A stretch of 64,000 bases of DNA from Micromonosporaceae bacterium (GTDB lineage: Bacteria > Actinomycetota > Actinomycetes > Mycobacteriales > Micromonosporaceae): NCBI GenBank assembly GCA_035713725.1, contig DASTMZ010000008.1:8280-72279 (forward strand), read 5' to 3'. Positions 1-9,294 of this stretch are shown one piece after another. Position numbers and translations under genes: made by a program. The notes below the pieces were generated by a model, which ran no database searches, was not told the origin of the DNA, and saw only the letters and a list, made by a program, of their open reading frames with translations. Every line of letters starts with the position of its first letter. Position 1 is the stretch's first letter.

Positions 1-217
1 ATGCGACCGGCGCCGCCACTCCCGCGCCGAGCGCCGCGCCGGCAACCGCGGCGCCACCGAAGCCGAGCAGCGCGCGACGGGAGGTACGTCGGACCGACGG
101 CGCCGCACCGTCGGCGGACCCATGGGTGTCGGCCTGCGCAGTGGCGCCAGCCGGCCAGGCGCCGTCGGCAGGCCCGGCGTCGGGCGGCGCGGCGCCGTCG
201 GCCGGTCCGGTGGTCAC
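1..217 (-). CDS. efeB: Dyp-type peroxidase EfeB, N-terminal fragment running off the window edge
   Basis: GTG at 217-215 directly follows the efeO stop. Translation VTTGPADG...TSRRALLGFGGAAVAGAALGAG carries a twin-arginine signal, as expected for Tat-exported EfeB. Position is downstream of efeU-efeO. Confidence 0.5.
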   Translation of the reverse strand, partial: MTTGPADGAAPPDAGPADGAWPAGATAQADTHGSADGAAPSVRRTSRRALLGFGGAAVAGAALGAGVAAPVA

Positions 218-1384
218 CTAGCCCGCCACCTTGGCGGCCACCTGGGACAGCGGCTCGGCGAGCGCGTCGACCTTCTGCGTCAGCACCCGACGCTGTGCTT
301 CGGTCACCGTCGAATAGTCGACGTAACCGGATCCGGCGTAGTCACCGCGATACGCGGTCAAGGCATCCTCGACGTCCGCGAAGCGCTGCGTGACCGTCGT
401 GTACAGCTGCGGATCCACCGTCTGCAGCGCCGGTCCGAGCAGCATGAACGCCTGCTTCGCACCGTCCACATTGGCCTCGAAGTCGGACAGGTCGGTGTGC
501 GAGTAGCGGTCTTCTTCACCGGTGATCTTGCTGGACGCCACCTCGTTGAGGAGCTCGGTGGCGCCGTTGGCCAGTTGCGCCGGCTGATATTTCGCGGTCT
601 TCACGAGCGCGACGAGCTTGGCCACATCGGCGTCGAGTTGGTTCGCGACCGGGGTCATGCCGTCCAGCGACTTGTCCTGCCACAGTGCCTTCTCGATGCG
701 GTGGAAACCGGTCCAGGCGTTCGGATCCTCGACGTCGCCGGCCCGCGCGTCGATGTCCGGGTCGAGGTCGCCGAAGCTCTCCGCCACTGGCTCGATGCGC
801 TCGTAGTAGGACCGAGCCGGTGCGTAGAGCCGTTGCGCGGCCGCGATATCGCCGCCCCGGACGGCGTCGGTGAACGCCGTCGTAGCCGGCCCGAGCTTGT
901 CGGCCTGGGCGAGCACGTACGTCTGGTATCCGGCGACCGCGGCGTTCAGCTTCGCGGCCACGGCCGGATCGGCGGCGGCTTGCGCCGTGCCACCGGTGAC
1001 GTGGAGCGGGAAGCTGTCGGTGGTCGCGCCCTCGCACTCGATCGTGTAGTCGCCCGCCTCGACCTTGAGCGAGAACGTCCCGGACAGCCCGGGCGTCAGG
1101 TTCTCCTTCTCACCGAGAATGGTGCCGCCGCGCTTCAGCTCGGCCTCGGACACCTTGTCGCCGGTCGTGTTCTTCACGGTGAACGTCACCGGACCGGCCG
1201 GCATGCTGGCCGGCGACGGCGCGCAGCCGTCGTTGGTGAGCGTGATGGTCACTTGCGTCGCGCCCGCGCTCGGGGAGCCGTTGGAACCGCTGCTGCACGC
1301 GCTGGCGCCGGCCGCGACGGCAACCAGGCCAGCTATCAGACCAGCGGCGCCGGCGACTCGTCGTGACCAACGGTTGAGATGCAT
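218..1384 (-). CDS. efeO: Iron uptake system component EfeO (cupredoxin N-domain plus imelysin/M75-like domain), lipoprotein
   Basis: 388 aa ORF. Signal peptide with lipobox AGASAC. The N-terminal cupredoxin-like segment (VTITLTNDGC...FTVKNTTGD...YTIECEG) and C-terminal imelysin-like region are typical of EfeO. AAGGAG RBS lies upstream of the ATG. Confidence 0.85.
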   Translation of the reverse strand: MHLNRWSRRVAGAAGLIAGLVAVAAGASACSSGSNGSPSAGATQVTITLTNDGCAPSPASMPAGPVTFTVKNTTGDKVSEAELKRGGTILGEKENLTPGLSGTFSLKVEAGDYTIECEGATTDSFPLHVTGGTAQAAADPAVAAKLNAAVAGYQTYVLAQADKLGPATTAFTDAVRGGDIAAAQRLYAPARSYYERIEPVAESFGDLDPDIDARAGDVEDPNAWTGFHRIEKALWQDKSLDGMTPVANQLDADVAKLVALVKTAKYQPAQLANGATELLNEVASSKITGEEDRYSHTDLSDFEANVDGAKQAFMLLGPALQTVDPQLYTTVTQRFADVEDALTAYRGDYAGSGYVDYSTVTEAQRRVLTQKVDALAEPLSQVAAKVAG

Positions 1385-1480
1385 GGTGTGGCACTCCTTC
1401 GACAGATCGGGCCGGGTGGACGCGGGGCACGCCGAGGTAGCGCCCGCGGTGCCGCGCCGGCCGGTCGGCCGTCGCTGACT

Positions 1481-1541
1481 TCGTGGGTACGGGTTTTCGT
1501 GGGTACGGGTTGAGGTGGGTACGGGTTGAGGTGGGTACCGG
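1481..1541. repeat. About 16 bp tandem repeat x4 (GTGGGTACGGGTT core) in the efeU-efeO intercistronic gap
   Basis: tcgtgggtacgggtt / tcgtgggtacgggtt / gaggtgggtacgggtt / gaggtgggtaccgg read directly. The array starts immediately after the efeU stop (1542-1544). Confidence 0.9.
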
Positions 1542-2441
1542 CTATGTGCCTGGGGCCTGGTGAGCGGGCGTGGAATCGCGCTGCTGATCGGCGGCTGTCG
1601 CGTTGGCGGCGGGCGCGCTCGCAGGAGCTGGTGGCGTCGGACGGCGCCGGGGCAACGCGACGAGCAACACCATCGGCACGGCGTAGAGCACCCAGGCGAT
1701 CATCTCGATCACGGTCGGATGCGCGGACAGGCCGAGCACGCCGGTGAGCAGCGAGGCCTGTACGGTGCCCGGCGCGACGAGCCAGCTCAGGTCCAGCGGG
1801 CTCGCCTGACCGATGTTCAGCCAGCCGGCCTCGTGTGCGGTGTGCAGGACGGTCATGGTGAGTCCGGCCGCGACGATCACCAGCACGATCCCGGTGATCT
1901 TGAAGAACCGTGCGAGGTTGAGGCGTACGCCGCCGCGATAGATGCCGTATCCGATGACGACCGCGACGGCGATGCCCAGCAGCGCGCCGGTGGCCGCGGC
2001 CGCCGTGTTCGAGGTGCCGTCCAAAACGGACACCAGGAATACCGAGGTCTCGAAACCCTCTCGGAGCACCGCGAGGAACGCCATGGCCACCAGAGCAACG
2101 GCAGAGCCTTGTGCGAGCGCGTTGGCCGCGGCGCCCTCCAACTCCTTCTTCATGGTCCGTGCGTGGCGGTTCATCCAGACGATCATCGTGGTCACCATGG
2201 CGACGGCGAGTGCGCCGATGACCGTCTCGAGGCCCTCCTGCGCCTGCTGCGGCAGATCCTCGGAGAGCCGGACCAACGTGATGCCGACGGCAACGCACAC
2301 CGCGATCGCGGCGAGGACACCGATCCACGTCGCGCGTAGCGCGTCGCGCCGCCCGTTGCGCGCCAGGAAGGAGGCGATGATGCCGACGATCAGGCTGGCT
2401 TCGAGACCCTCGCGCAGGCCGATCACGAGCGTGGGTATCAC
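1542..2441 (-). CDS. efeU: High-affinity iron permease EfeU (FTR1/OFeT family)
   Basis: Two REGxE motifs (GLREGLEASL, VLREGFETSV) and multiple TM helices. Start set to GTG at 2441-2439, which is preceded by AAGGAG. The ORF-track ATG at 2534 would add a non-membrane leader. Confidence 0.85.
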   Translation of the reverse strand: MIPTLVIGLREGLEASLIVGIIASFLARNGRRDALRATWIGVLAAIAVCVAVGITLVRLSEDLPQQAQEGLETVIGALAVAMVTTMIVWMNRHARTMKKELEGAAANALAQGSAVALVAMAFLAVLREGFETSVFLVSVLDGTSNTAAAATGALLGIAVAVVIGYGIYRGGVRLNLARFFKITGIVLVIVAAGLTMTVLHTAHEAGWLNIGQASPLDLSWLVAPGTVQASLLTGVLGLSAHPTVIEMIAWVLYAVPMVLLVALPRRRPTPPAPASAPAANATAADQQRDSTPAHQAPGT

Positions 2442-2508
2442 GCGGGCTCCTTTCTCGTCGGTGCGTTTGGCCGTCGGTGCATTTGTTCGTCGAAGACGCG
2501 CTCGAAAG

Positions 2509-2527
2509 TCCGGTAAGGCTAACCTAA
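2509..2527. promoter_or_regulatory. IdeR/DtxR-type iron box 1 upstream of efeU
   Basis: TCCGGTAAGGCTAACCTAA matches the 19 bp iron-box consensus TTAGGTTAGGCTAACCTAA at 16/19 positions. It lies 68 bp upstream of the efeU start. Confidence 0.65.
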
Positions 2528-2537
2528 GACTCACGGC

Positions 2538-2556
2538 TTAGGCAAGGCGACCCTAA
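2538..2556. promoter_or_regulatory. IdeR/DtxR-type iron box 2 upstream of efeU
   Basis: TTAGGCAAGGCGACCCTAA matches the iron-box consensus at 15/19 positions. It lies 29 bp from box 1. Confidence 0.5.
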
Positions 2557-2607
2557 CTCACTGGATGTCGTACGTCTTCGTAACCCACAAACCGCGCGAC
2601 GACGCAC

Positions 2608-3303
2608 TCAGGGCAGACCGCGGCGGAGCAGCGTGTTTTCGCCGAGCGACCAGGCCGTGGTCGTCACCAGGTAGACGCTGGCCGCAAGCGGCAGCACCGC
2701 GACGGACACGAGCAGGAAGTACGGCGCGACTCGACTGACCGTGCCGAGCGCCCCTTCGGGTGTCGTGCCGTTGGTTCGCATCAGCATTGCCGTACGGCGT
2801 GCGTTCGCCCAGGCCAGCACGATCAGAGCGACAACGATCGCACCGAACACGGCCAGCCCACCGGCCGCGCCGACCGAGGCGAAGGCACCGATCGAGGCGA
2901 AGAGGTGAGCGGTGAGCGGCACGCCAAACGCGTGTGCCCGCGCGAGGTCGCCGTGGCTGGACGCGAAGACGCGGTAGAGCACGAATACAACCGGCGCCGG
3001 TACGAGCATCGGCAGCGCTCCGGCGTACGGGGAGATGCGTTCCGACCGGTAGAGCAGCTGGGTTTCCTCGACCAGCCGGCCCAGATTCGAGCCGTGGCGC
3101 TTGCGAAGTTCGGCGAGCCGGGGTGCCAGCCTCGCGCGAGCGCGCTCGCCACGGACCGCTGCCCGGGTGAGCGGATGCAGTGCAATGCGTACGACGACGG
3201 TGAGCAGCACGATCGCGGCGACCGTGCCGCCGACCGGATGGAGCGTGGTAGCGAGAGTGGTAAGCGCGGTGGACATCAGCGCCACCGGATTGACGGAAAG
3301 CAT
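2608..3303 (-). CDS. YidC/Oxa1-family membrane protein insertase (short actinobacterial type)
   Basis: TM1 is followed by an amphipathic PLTRAAVRGERARARLAPRLAELRKRHGSNLGRLVEETQLLYRSERISPYAGALPMLVPAPVVFVLY segment resembling the YidC C1 loop/TM2 signature. Start is taken at the internal ATG (MLSVNP); the ORF-track start is 3396. Confidence 0.65.
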   Translation of the reverse strand: MLSVNPVALMSTALTTLATTLHPVGGTVAAIVLLTVVVRIALHPLTRAAVRGERARARLAPRLAELRKRHGSNLGRLVEETQLLYRSERISPYAGALPMLVPAPVVFVLYRVFASSHGDLARAHAFGVPLTAHLFASIGAFASVGAAGGLAVFGAIVVALIVLAWANARRTAMLMRTNGTTPEGALGTVSRVAPYFLLVSVAVLPLAASVYLVTTTAWSLGENTLLRRGLP

Positions 3304-3607
3304 GGCGAGCCCCTCTGGCCTGGATGGATGCCAGGTCGGGTCGCGTCGGGTCGGACGGCTCAAGGGCGCTATGCGTACCGCGATCATGCGTACCACGATG
3401 TGGGCGCGCGGCCACGACCTGGGATGACAGGTGAGTGGCCAGGAGCAGCGGTCGGAGAGCCGGGGATCAGGCGTTACATCCGTGCTGAGCCATGGTGCCC
3501 GGAACGGATGACCCGTCGTCCCCGGAAGGGATTCGAGCCGATGTCGCTGAGGCGGCCATCACCAAGGCAGCGCCGGCAGACCAGGCCTCTCGCGGAACCG
3601 CGTGAGA

Positions 3608-3904
3608 TCAGTCGGCCGAGGGGAAGCGCCCGGGTGCCCGTGGCCGGGCGTGTCCCGGCGCGTCCGGGTCGCTGTGGCGGAGCGTGCCGCGCCCGACGGG
3701 GCCACGGCGTGGGTCGGTGACCCGGATCCGGACCGGCACGCGTGCGTCGCCTGCGTGGCGTCGCACCGCGACGGCGATGGCCAGCACGAGCGCCGCGACC
3801 GCGGCGCTGGCAATTGCACCGGACGGCCCAGCGAGCGCGGCCGCTGCCCAGACCACGGCCAACCCGACGAGCGCCGCCTTGAGATAGGCGTTGGTGGCCG
3901 ACAT
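3608..3904 (-). CDS. Small membrane protein, hypothetical
   Basis: 98 aa with two hydrophobic helices (ALVGLAVVWAAAALAG, AAVAALVLAIAVAV). It lies directly upstream of and co-oriented with the YidC-like gene. No family is recognised with certainty. Confidence 0.4.
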   Translation of the reverse strand: MSATNAYLKAALVGLAVVWAAAALAGPSGAIASAAVAALVLAIAVAVRRHAGDARVPVRIRVTDPRRGPVGRGTLRHSDPDAPGHARPRAPGRFPSAD

Positions 3905-4071
3905 GCCACCAGCCTAGTCCTTGTCGACCACCACCGCCCACGACGACCGAACAACGGGCCCGACCAGGACGCATACGCCGTGGCCTCGACATGATGTCGC
4001 GAACCACGGCAAGGAGTGTCCGAATCGGTGCGGGGTGTCACCGATCGACGGATACCGCGTAGGCTCACGCG

Positions 4072-4653
4072 ATGCACCGTGAATCGTTCTCGGCTCCGGG
4101 CCACCCAACGAACCAGTCGGCGCACATGGCCGATCGGCCGATCTATCAGGCGAGCGGATATCGGTCTAGCGATCGCTCCAGGGACGAATCGACGCAGCCC
4201 ATGGACTCTCAGTCGGGCGGGGAACGCCGCCGCGACATGCCCGGCGACGGTGTGGTCGACGTCCCGATCGAGGCGACCGAGACGATGCCCCACGTGCCGA
4301 CTCAGTCCGAGACCGCGGGCGGCGCGGCCGGCGGCGCGGTCTCCCTGCCGTACGGCATGGCGCTCCTGGTGGTCAGCCATGGCCCGAACATCGGTGCACG
4401 CTTCCTGCTCGACCGGGATCTGATCGTCGCCGGCCGCCACCCGGATTCGGACATCTTCCTGGACGACGTCACGGTGTCGCGGTCGCACGCGGAGTTCCGG
4501 CGCCTCGATGATCGGTTCGTGCTGGCCGATACGGGCAGCCTCAACGGCACGTACGTGAATCGGGAGCGAGTGCCGCAGGCCGAGCTGCGAAACGGCGACG
4601 AGATCCAGATCGGGAAGTTCCGGCTCACGTTCATCGAGTCCCAGCCGGGCTGA
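4072..4653 (+). CDS. garA: FHA-domain protein, GarA/OdhI family (2-oxoglutarate dehydrogenase regulator)
   Basis: The C-terminal 100 aa (ALLVVSHGPNIGARFLLDRDLIVAGRHPDSDIFLDDVTVSRSHAEF...GSLNGTYVNRE...GDEIQIGKFRLTF) is near-identical in pattern to mycobacterial GarA. The N-terminal tail carries a Thr-rich EATETM segment. An alternative start is at 4126. Confidence 0.85.
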   Translation: MHRESFSAPGHPTNQSAHMADRPIYQASGYRSSDRSRDESTQPMDSQSGGERRRDMPGDGVVDVPIEATETMPHVPTQSETAGGAAGGAVSLPYGMALLVVSHGPNIGARFLLDRDLIVAGRHPDSDIFLDDVTVSRSHAEFRRLDDRFVLADTGSLNGTYVNRERVPQAELRNGDEIQIGKFRLTFIESQPG

Positions 4654-5037
4654 CCGTTCGGCGAGCCACCCGCCACCCGAGCCATCGGGACTTGTCTTTG
4701 CCGAGCTCGCCAAGGCTGAGCCGGCACTCAGTAAGCCGGCCGACCAGGCGCGCGGTTGCCCAGGTCGCCCGGTCGCCGTGGCCAGCCACTTGGTCCGAGA
4801 ATCTTGCCTGCTCAGCCGGACGAACGGCGAATACGGTCCAATTCACCGCGCGTCGCCACGTCCCACAACGTAACGGTTAGGTGAACCAGCCACATATGCA
4901 CTTACGGTGGTGTAAAGGCGTGGGATAACGTCCCACGTCATCAAGACCAGTGTCACTGATCCGGCACTCGACGGCGCGTGCGGACCTGCCGCTCGCGGCC
5001 TCGGGATCTGGTTCATCTAACAGGAGGGGTCGGAGCC

Positions 5038-6228
5038 TTGAGGCAGGGACTCGTACGGTTGGTCGGCGGTGCCGCCATGCTGGCGCTCATCGGCGGCGCG
5101 GCCGCGTGCAACAGCACCAACAACAATTCCGCGGGTGGCGGTAGCACCAGCAACAGCAAGTGTGGCTATGAGATCGCGTTCTTTGGCGCGTTGACCGGCT
5201 CCGCGGCGAACCTGGGCGTCAACATCGAGCAGGGTGCAGAGCTTGCCGTTGATCAGTACAACGACAAGAACGGCGCGAACTGCATCACGATGAAGAAGTT
5301 CGACTCACAGGGCGACCCGGCGGTCGCGCCTGGCGTGGCGCGGCAGCTCATCCAGGACAAGAAGATCATCGGCATCGTCGGCCCGGCGTTCTCCGGTGAG
5401 TCGATCGCGGCGAACCCGATCTTCGACCAGGCGGGCATCCCGCTGATCACGCCGTCCGCGACGAACCCGGTGCTGGCCAGCGGTGGCAAGGCCGGCGGCA
5501 CGCCGTGGAAGGTGTTCCACCGCGCGGTCGCCAACGACGACGCGCAAGGCCCGGCGGCCGGCCTTTACATCAAGGAGATCCTTAAGCCGACGAAGGTGTT
5601 CGTCATCGACGACCAGTCCGCCTACGGTGCGGGCCTCGCCGACGCTGTCAAGCAGACGCTCGGCTCGCTCGTGGTCAACACCGACAAGGTCGCCGCGGAC
5701 GGCAAGCAGACCGACTTCTCGTCCAGCGTGACGAAGGTCGTGTCCAGTGGCGCGACAGTGCTGTTCTATGGCGGCTACTACCAGAACGCCGGTCTGCTGC
5801 GTAAGCAGCTCACCGCGGCGGGCTGGAAGGGCACGCTGGTGGCCGGCGACGGCGTCAACGACCCGGGCTACATCAAGGCGGCCGGCAACGCAGCGGCCCA
5901 GGGCACGGTCCTGACCTGCCCGTGTGCTCCGGCGTCGCAGGCGAGCGGCACGTTCGACCAGGACTACAAGGCGAAGTGGAACGTCGACGCCGGCACGTAC
6001 TCCGACGTGGCGTACGACGCGACGAACATCTTCTTGCAGGGCATCACGGCCGGTAACACCACCACCGCCAAGATGAACACCTACCTGTCGACTGTCGACT
6101 ACAAGGGCGTGGCGAACGAGTACAAGTTCCAGACCGACGGCGACCTGGACACCAGCCTGATCAAGGTCTGGGCGTTCAAGGTCGACAACGGCCAGGTCGT
6201 TCCTGACCAGGCCGCTCCGACGAGCTGA
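5038..6228 (+). CDS. Branched-chain amino acid ABC transporter substrate-binding lipoprotein (LivJ/K-like)
   Basis: Lipobox IGGAAAC and Leu/Ile/Val-binding family sequence (AFFGALTGSAANLG, IVGPAFSGES). TTG start at 5038 is preceded by AGGAGG; the ORF-track ATG is 4978. Confidence 0.85.
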   Translation: MRQGLVRLVGGAAMLALIGGAAACNSTNNNSAGGGSTSNSKCGYEIAFFGALTGSAANLGVNIEQGAELAVDQYNDKNGANCITMKKFDSQGDPAVAPGVARQLIQDKKIIGIVGPAFSGESIAANPIFDQAGIPLITPSATNPVLASGGKAGGTPWKVFHRAVANDDAQGPAAGLYIKEILKPTKVFVIDDQSAYGAGLADAVKQTLGSLVVNTDKVAADGKQTDFSSSVTKVVSSGATVLFYGGYYQNAGLLRKQLTAAGWKGTLVAGDGVNDPGYIKAAGNAAAQGTVLTCPCAPASQASGTFDQDYKAKWNVDAGTYSDVAYDATNIFLQGITAGNTTTAKMNTYLSTVDYKGVANEYKFQTDGDLDTSLIKVWAFKVDNGQVVPDQAAPTS

Positions 6229-6275
6229 CCGGACGATCTCTTTCGGGGACGCGCACTCGTCAGTAACTTCCTAGA

Positions 6276-6312
6276 CCGGTGCGGCCGGGGGCTTAGCCTC
6301 CGGCCGCACCGG
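6276..6312 (+). terminator. GC-rich hairpin between the binding-protein gene and livH (attenuator or partial terminator)
   Basis: A 13 bp perfect stem, CCGGTGCGGCCGG ... CCGGCCGCACCGG, with an 11 nt loop. No T-tract follows. Confidence 0.4.
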
Positions 6313-6335
6313 CGCAGTCGGCCATCGGAGCCCAT

Positions 6336-7301
6336 GTGGACTTTCACGCTCTCTTCAGCGACTTCGGCACCGAGACCACGACCGGGCTCGCGACGGGCGC
6401 GGTCTTCGCGTTGTTCGCGCTCGGTTACACGCTCGTCTACGGCGTGTTGCGGCTCATCAACTTCGCGCACTCCGAAGTCTTCATGCTCGGCACGTTCGCG
6501 GCGATCAGCATCTGGGGCGTGCTCGGATACACCGAGAACAGCGCCGCGCCAGGTGTCGGCATGCTCATCGTGCTGCTGGTGGCCGCGTTGGTCGCGGCGA
6601 TGCTCGCGTCCGGCACCACCGCGGTCCTGCTGGAATTGGTCGCCTACCGGCCGCTGCGACGTCGCAACGCACCGCCGCTCGCGTTCCTGATCACCGCGAT
6701 CGGCATGTCGACGATCCTGCAGGAGGCGGTCGGCGTCGGCGTTGGGCGCTACAGCACACACCGGAACCCGGTCGGCGCGCCGGTGCTCATCAAGCCCGCC
6801 GTGGTGCTTTCGTTCGGCAATACGAAGATCTACTCGTACCAGGTGCTGCTGGTCGTGACGGCGCTCGTGATGATGTACGCGCTGGACCGCTTCATCAACA
6901 CCACGCGGCTCGGCCGCGGCGTCCGCGCGGTCGCCCAGAACCCGGACGCGGCGGCGCTGATGGGCGTGAACAAGAACCGGGTGATCTCGCTTGTCTTCCT
7001 GCTCGGTGGCCTGATGGCCGGCATCGCCGCGGTGATGTACGTCATCAAGATCGGCAACACCAGCTACAACGCCGGCTTCCAACTCGGCATCGAAGCGTTC
7101 ACCGCCGCCGTGCTCGGCGGCATCGGCAATCTCCGCGGCGCTCTGCTCGGCGGATTCCTGCTGGGTGTGGTGGAAAACTACGGTGCCGCGCTGTTCGGCA
7201 CGCAGTACCACGACGTTGTCGCGTTCGTCATCCTCGTGCTGATCCTGATGTTCCGGCCGACCGGCCTGCTCGGCGAGTCGTTGGGGAGGACGCGGGCATG
7301 A
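6336..7301 (+). CDS. livH: Branched-chain amino acid ABC transporter permease LivH
   Basis: 321 aa polytopic protein with the LivH-type N-terminus (GLATGAVFALFALGYTLVYGVLRLINFAHSEVFMLG). Confidence 0.9.
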   Translation: MDFHALFSDFGTETTTGLATGAVFALFALGYTLVYGVLRLINFAHSEVFMLGTFAAISIWGVLGYTENSAAPGVGMLIVLLVAALVAAMLASGTTAVLLELVAYRPLRRRNAPPLAFLITAIGMSTILQEAVGVGVGRYSTHRNPVGAPVLIKPAVVLSFGNTKIYSYQVLLVVTALVMMYALDRFINTTRLGRGVRAVAQNPDAAALMGVNKNRVISLVFLLGGLMAGIAAVMYVIKIGNTSYNAGFQLGIEAFTAAVLGGIGNLRGALLGGFLLGVVENYGAALFGTQYHDVVAFVILVLILMFRPTGLLGESLGRTRA

Positions 7302-8407
7302 GGGAGTTCTTCCAGACCATCGGGCGGTCGTTCAGCCATGCTCGCGACTGGTACCACGCCCAGCCGTGGTGGGGTCGGCTGATCATCCTCGGACTAGTTT
7401 TCGTCGGCGCGGTGTTCCTGCCGTATCTCGGCAGCGTGCCCGGCATCGGCCCACAGATCATCACGCAGGGCACGGACTGGTATACCGCGCTGTTCCATAT
7501 GTCCTATTACGTGCTACTCGCGCTCGGACTCAACGTCGTGGTCGGCTACGCCGGGTTGCTCGACCTCGGGTACGTCGGCTTCTTCGCCGTCGGTACGTAC
7601 GCGATCGCGCTGCTCACCTCGCCGGACAGCGATCTCAACACGAACTGGCGGTGGCTTGCCGCGCTGCCGGTCGCGATCATGGCATCGGTGGTCAGCGGCG
7701 TGCTGTTCGGTTGGCCAACGCTCCGACTGCGCGGTGACTACCTAGCCATCGTGACGCTCGGCTTCGCGGAGATCATCCGTACCTTCGCGGATAGCACCAC
7801 GCTGCTGCGCGGCGACCGGGGTTTTTCGTCCGTACCGCACCCGCCGGGTACGAAGGGCAACGGGAAGCCGCTGTTCGGCGACATCGACGCTCGCCCGTAC
7901 TACTGGCTGGGGCTTGCCGTCATCGTGCTCGTCATCTTGGCGATCCGTAACCTCGACCGCAGCCGGGTCGGCCGCTCGTGGCTCGCGATCCGCGAGGACG
8001 AAGAGGCCGCCGAGATCATGGGCGTACGGACGGTGAAGTTCAAGCTGTGGGCGTTCGCGATCGGCGCGTTCGTCGGCGGCCTCGCCGGAGCGCTGTTCGC
8101 TGGCGAGAACGGCTTCGTCAACTCGTCGACATTCGTGCTGCAGTTCTCGATCCTGATCCTGGCGGCGGTCGTGATGGGTGGCGCCGGCAACATCCCCGGC
8201 GCAATCCTCGGCGGCATCCTGATCTCCTACATCCCGGACCGCCTGACCGGCATCAGTGTGTTCGGGATCGACGCCGCGCAGTACAAGTTCTTGCTGTTCG
8301 GCATACTGATTGTGGTGATCATGATCTTCCGGCCGCAGGGCCTCATCCCGAGTCGCCGGCGCGCGGCCGAACTCCGCGACCGCGAGAAGGAGGCGGCGCC
8401 ACAATGA
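7298..8407 (+). CDS. livM: Branched-chain amino acid ABC transporter permease LivM
   Basis: 369 aa polytopic protein with a LivM-type core (LGLNVVVGYAGLLDLGYVGFFAVGTY). ATGA overlap with livH. Confidence 0.9.
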   Translation: MREFFQTIGRSFSHARDWYHAQPWWGRLIILGLVFVGAVFLPYLGSVPGIGPQIITQGTDWYTALFHMSYYVLLALGLNVVVGYAGLLDLGYVGFFAVGTYAIALLTSPDSDLNTNWRWLAALPVAIMASVVSGVLFGWPTLRLRGDYLAIVTLGFAEIIRTFADSTTLLRGDRGFSSVPHPPGTKGNGKPLFGDIDARPYYWLGLAVIVLVILAIRNLDRSRVGRSWLAIREDEEAAEIMGVRTVKFKLWAFAIGAFVGGLAGALFAGENGFVNSSTFVLQFSILILAAVVMGGAGNIPGAILGGILISYIPDRLTGISVFGIDAAQYKFLLFGILIVVIMIFRPQGLIPSRRRAAELRDREKEAAPQ

Positions 8408-9294
8408 CCGATCCGAACGAGTGGACGGACGCGGTCGCCGGCACGCCGGAGGACCGACCGGTGCCGACCGGCGAGCCGACCGCGGCCGACGTCGCCGGGT
8501 ACGTCCCGCACGCACCGGATCCCGACGCGTTGCTCGAGGTGGACGACGTGACGTTGCGCTTTGGCGGCGTCGTGGCGCTCGATGCCGTGTCGTTCAGCCT
8601 GCGTCGTGGCGAGATCTTCGGCCTCATCGGACCCAACGGCGCCGGCAAGACCACCTGCTTCAACGCAATGACCGGCGTCTACCGACCGACGATTGGCGAG
8701 ATTCGGTTCAACGGACAGGTCATCACCGGCAAGAAGAAGCACCAGATCACGCACATGGGCATCGCGCGTACGTTCCAGAACATCCGGCTCTTCCCGGAGA
8801 TGACCGCGATCGAGAATGTGATGGTCGGCGCGGACGCGCACCACAAGACCAGCGTGCTCGGCGCGCTGTTCCGCGTGCCCCGCTTCTGGCGCGAAGAGCG
8901 CGACGGTCATCGGAAGGCGTTGGAGCTGCTCGACTTCGTGGGCATCGGCGGCCGAGGCAACGTGGTGGCGCGCAACCTCGCCTATGGCGAACAGCGCCGG
9001 CTCGAGATCGCGCGCGCCCTCGCGACGAATCCCACGCTGCTTTGTCTCGACGAGCCCGCGGCCGGCTTCAACCCGATCGAGAAGGACAGCCTGCTGGACC
9101 TGATCCGTCGCATCCGGGACATCGGGGTAACGATCCTGCTGATCGAGCACGACATGCGACTCGTCATGAACGTCTGCGAACGGATCGTGGTGCTGGAGTT
9201 CGGCAAGAAGATCGCCGAGGGTGTGCCGGCCGAGGTACGCGAGAACCCGCGCGTGATCAACGCCTACCTGGGGGTGCCGGCCGATGCCGCCTGA
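8404..9294 (+). CDS. livG: Branched-chain amino acid ABC transporter ATP-binding protein LivG
   Basis: Walker A GPNGAGKTT, signature YGEQRRLEIARAL, Walker B LLCLDEPAAG. Start ATG at 8404 overlaps the livM stop (ATGA). Confidence 0.9.
   Translation: MTDPNEWTDAVAGTPEDRPVPTGEPTAADVAGYVPHAPDPDALLEVDDVTLRFGGVVALDAVSFSLRRGEIFGLIGPNGAGKTTCFNAMTGVYRPTIGEIRFNGQVITGKKKHQITHMGIARTFQNIRLFPEMTAIENVMVGADAHHKTSVLGALFRVPRFWREERDGHRKALELLDFVGIGGRGNVVARNLAYGEQRRLEIARALATNPTLLCLDEPAAGFNPIEKDSLLDLIRRIRDIGVTILLIEHDMRLVMNVCERIVVLEFGKKIAEGVPAEVRENPRVINAYLGVPADAA

Noticed and set aside
122-1366. 414-aa plus-strand ORF (and 1-393 plus) opposite efeO/efeB
   Set aside because: Shadow ORFs. The minus strand encodes a textbook EfeO with lipobox and RBS.
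4880-4960. Duplicated ACGTCCCAC motif upstream of the liv operon as a regulator site
   Set aside because: Only two 9 bp copies about 70 bp apart, with no palindromic structure or known consensus. Insufficient evidence.
7978-9294. Long ORF-track calls that fuse upstream out-of-context sequence to real genes (7978-9294, 9310-11052, 11914-12879, 40163-41809, 45908-48187, 56953-58212, 58077-59267)
   Set aside because: The upstream portions overlap the preceding gene in another frame and are Arg/Pro-rich. Internal ATG or GTG codons forming ATGA/GTGA overlaps, or preceded by an RBS, give proteins of canonical length, so those were used.
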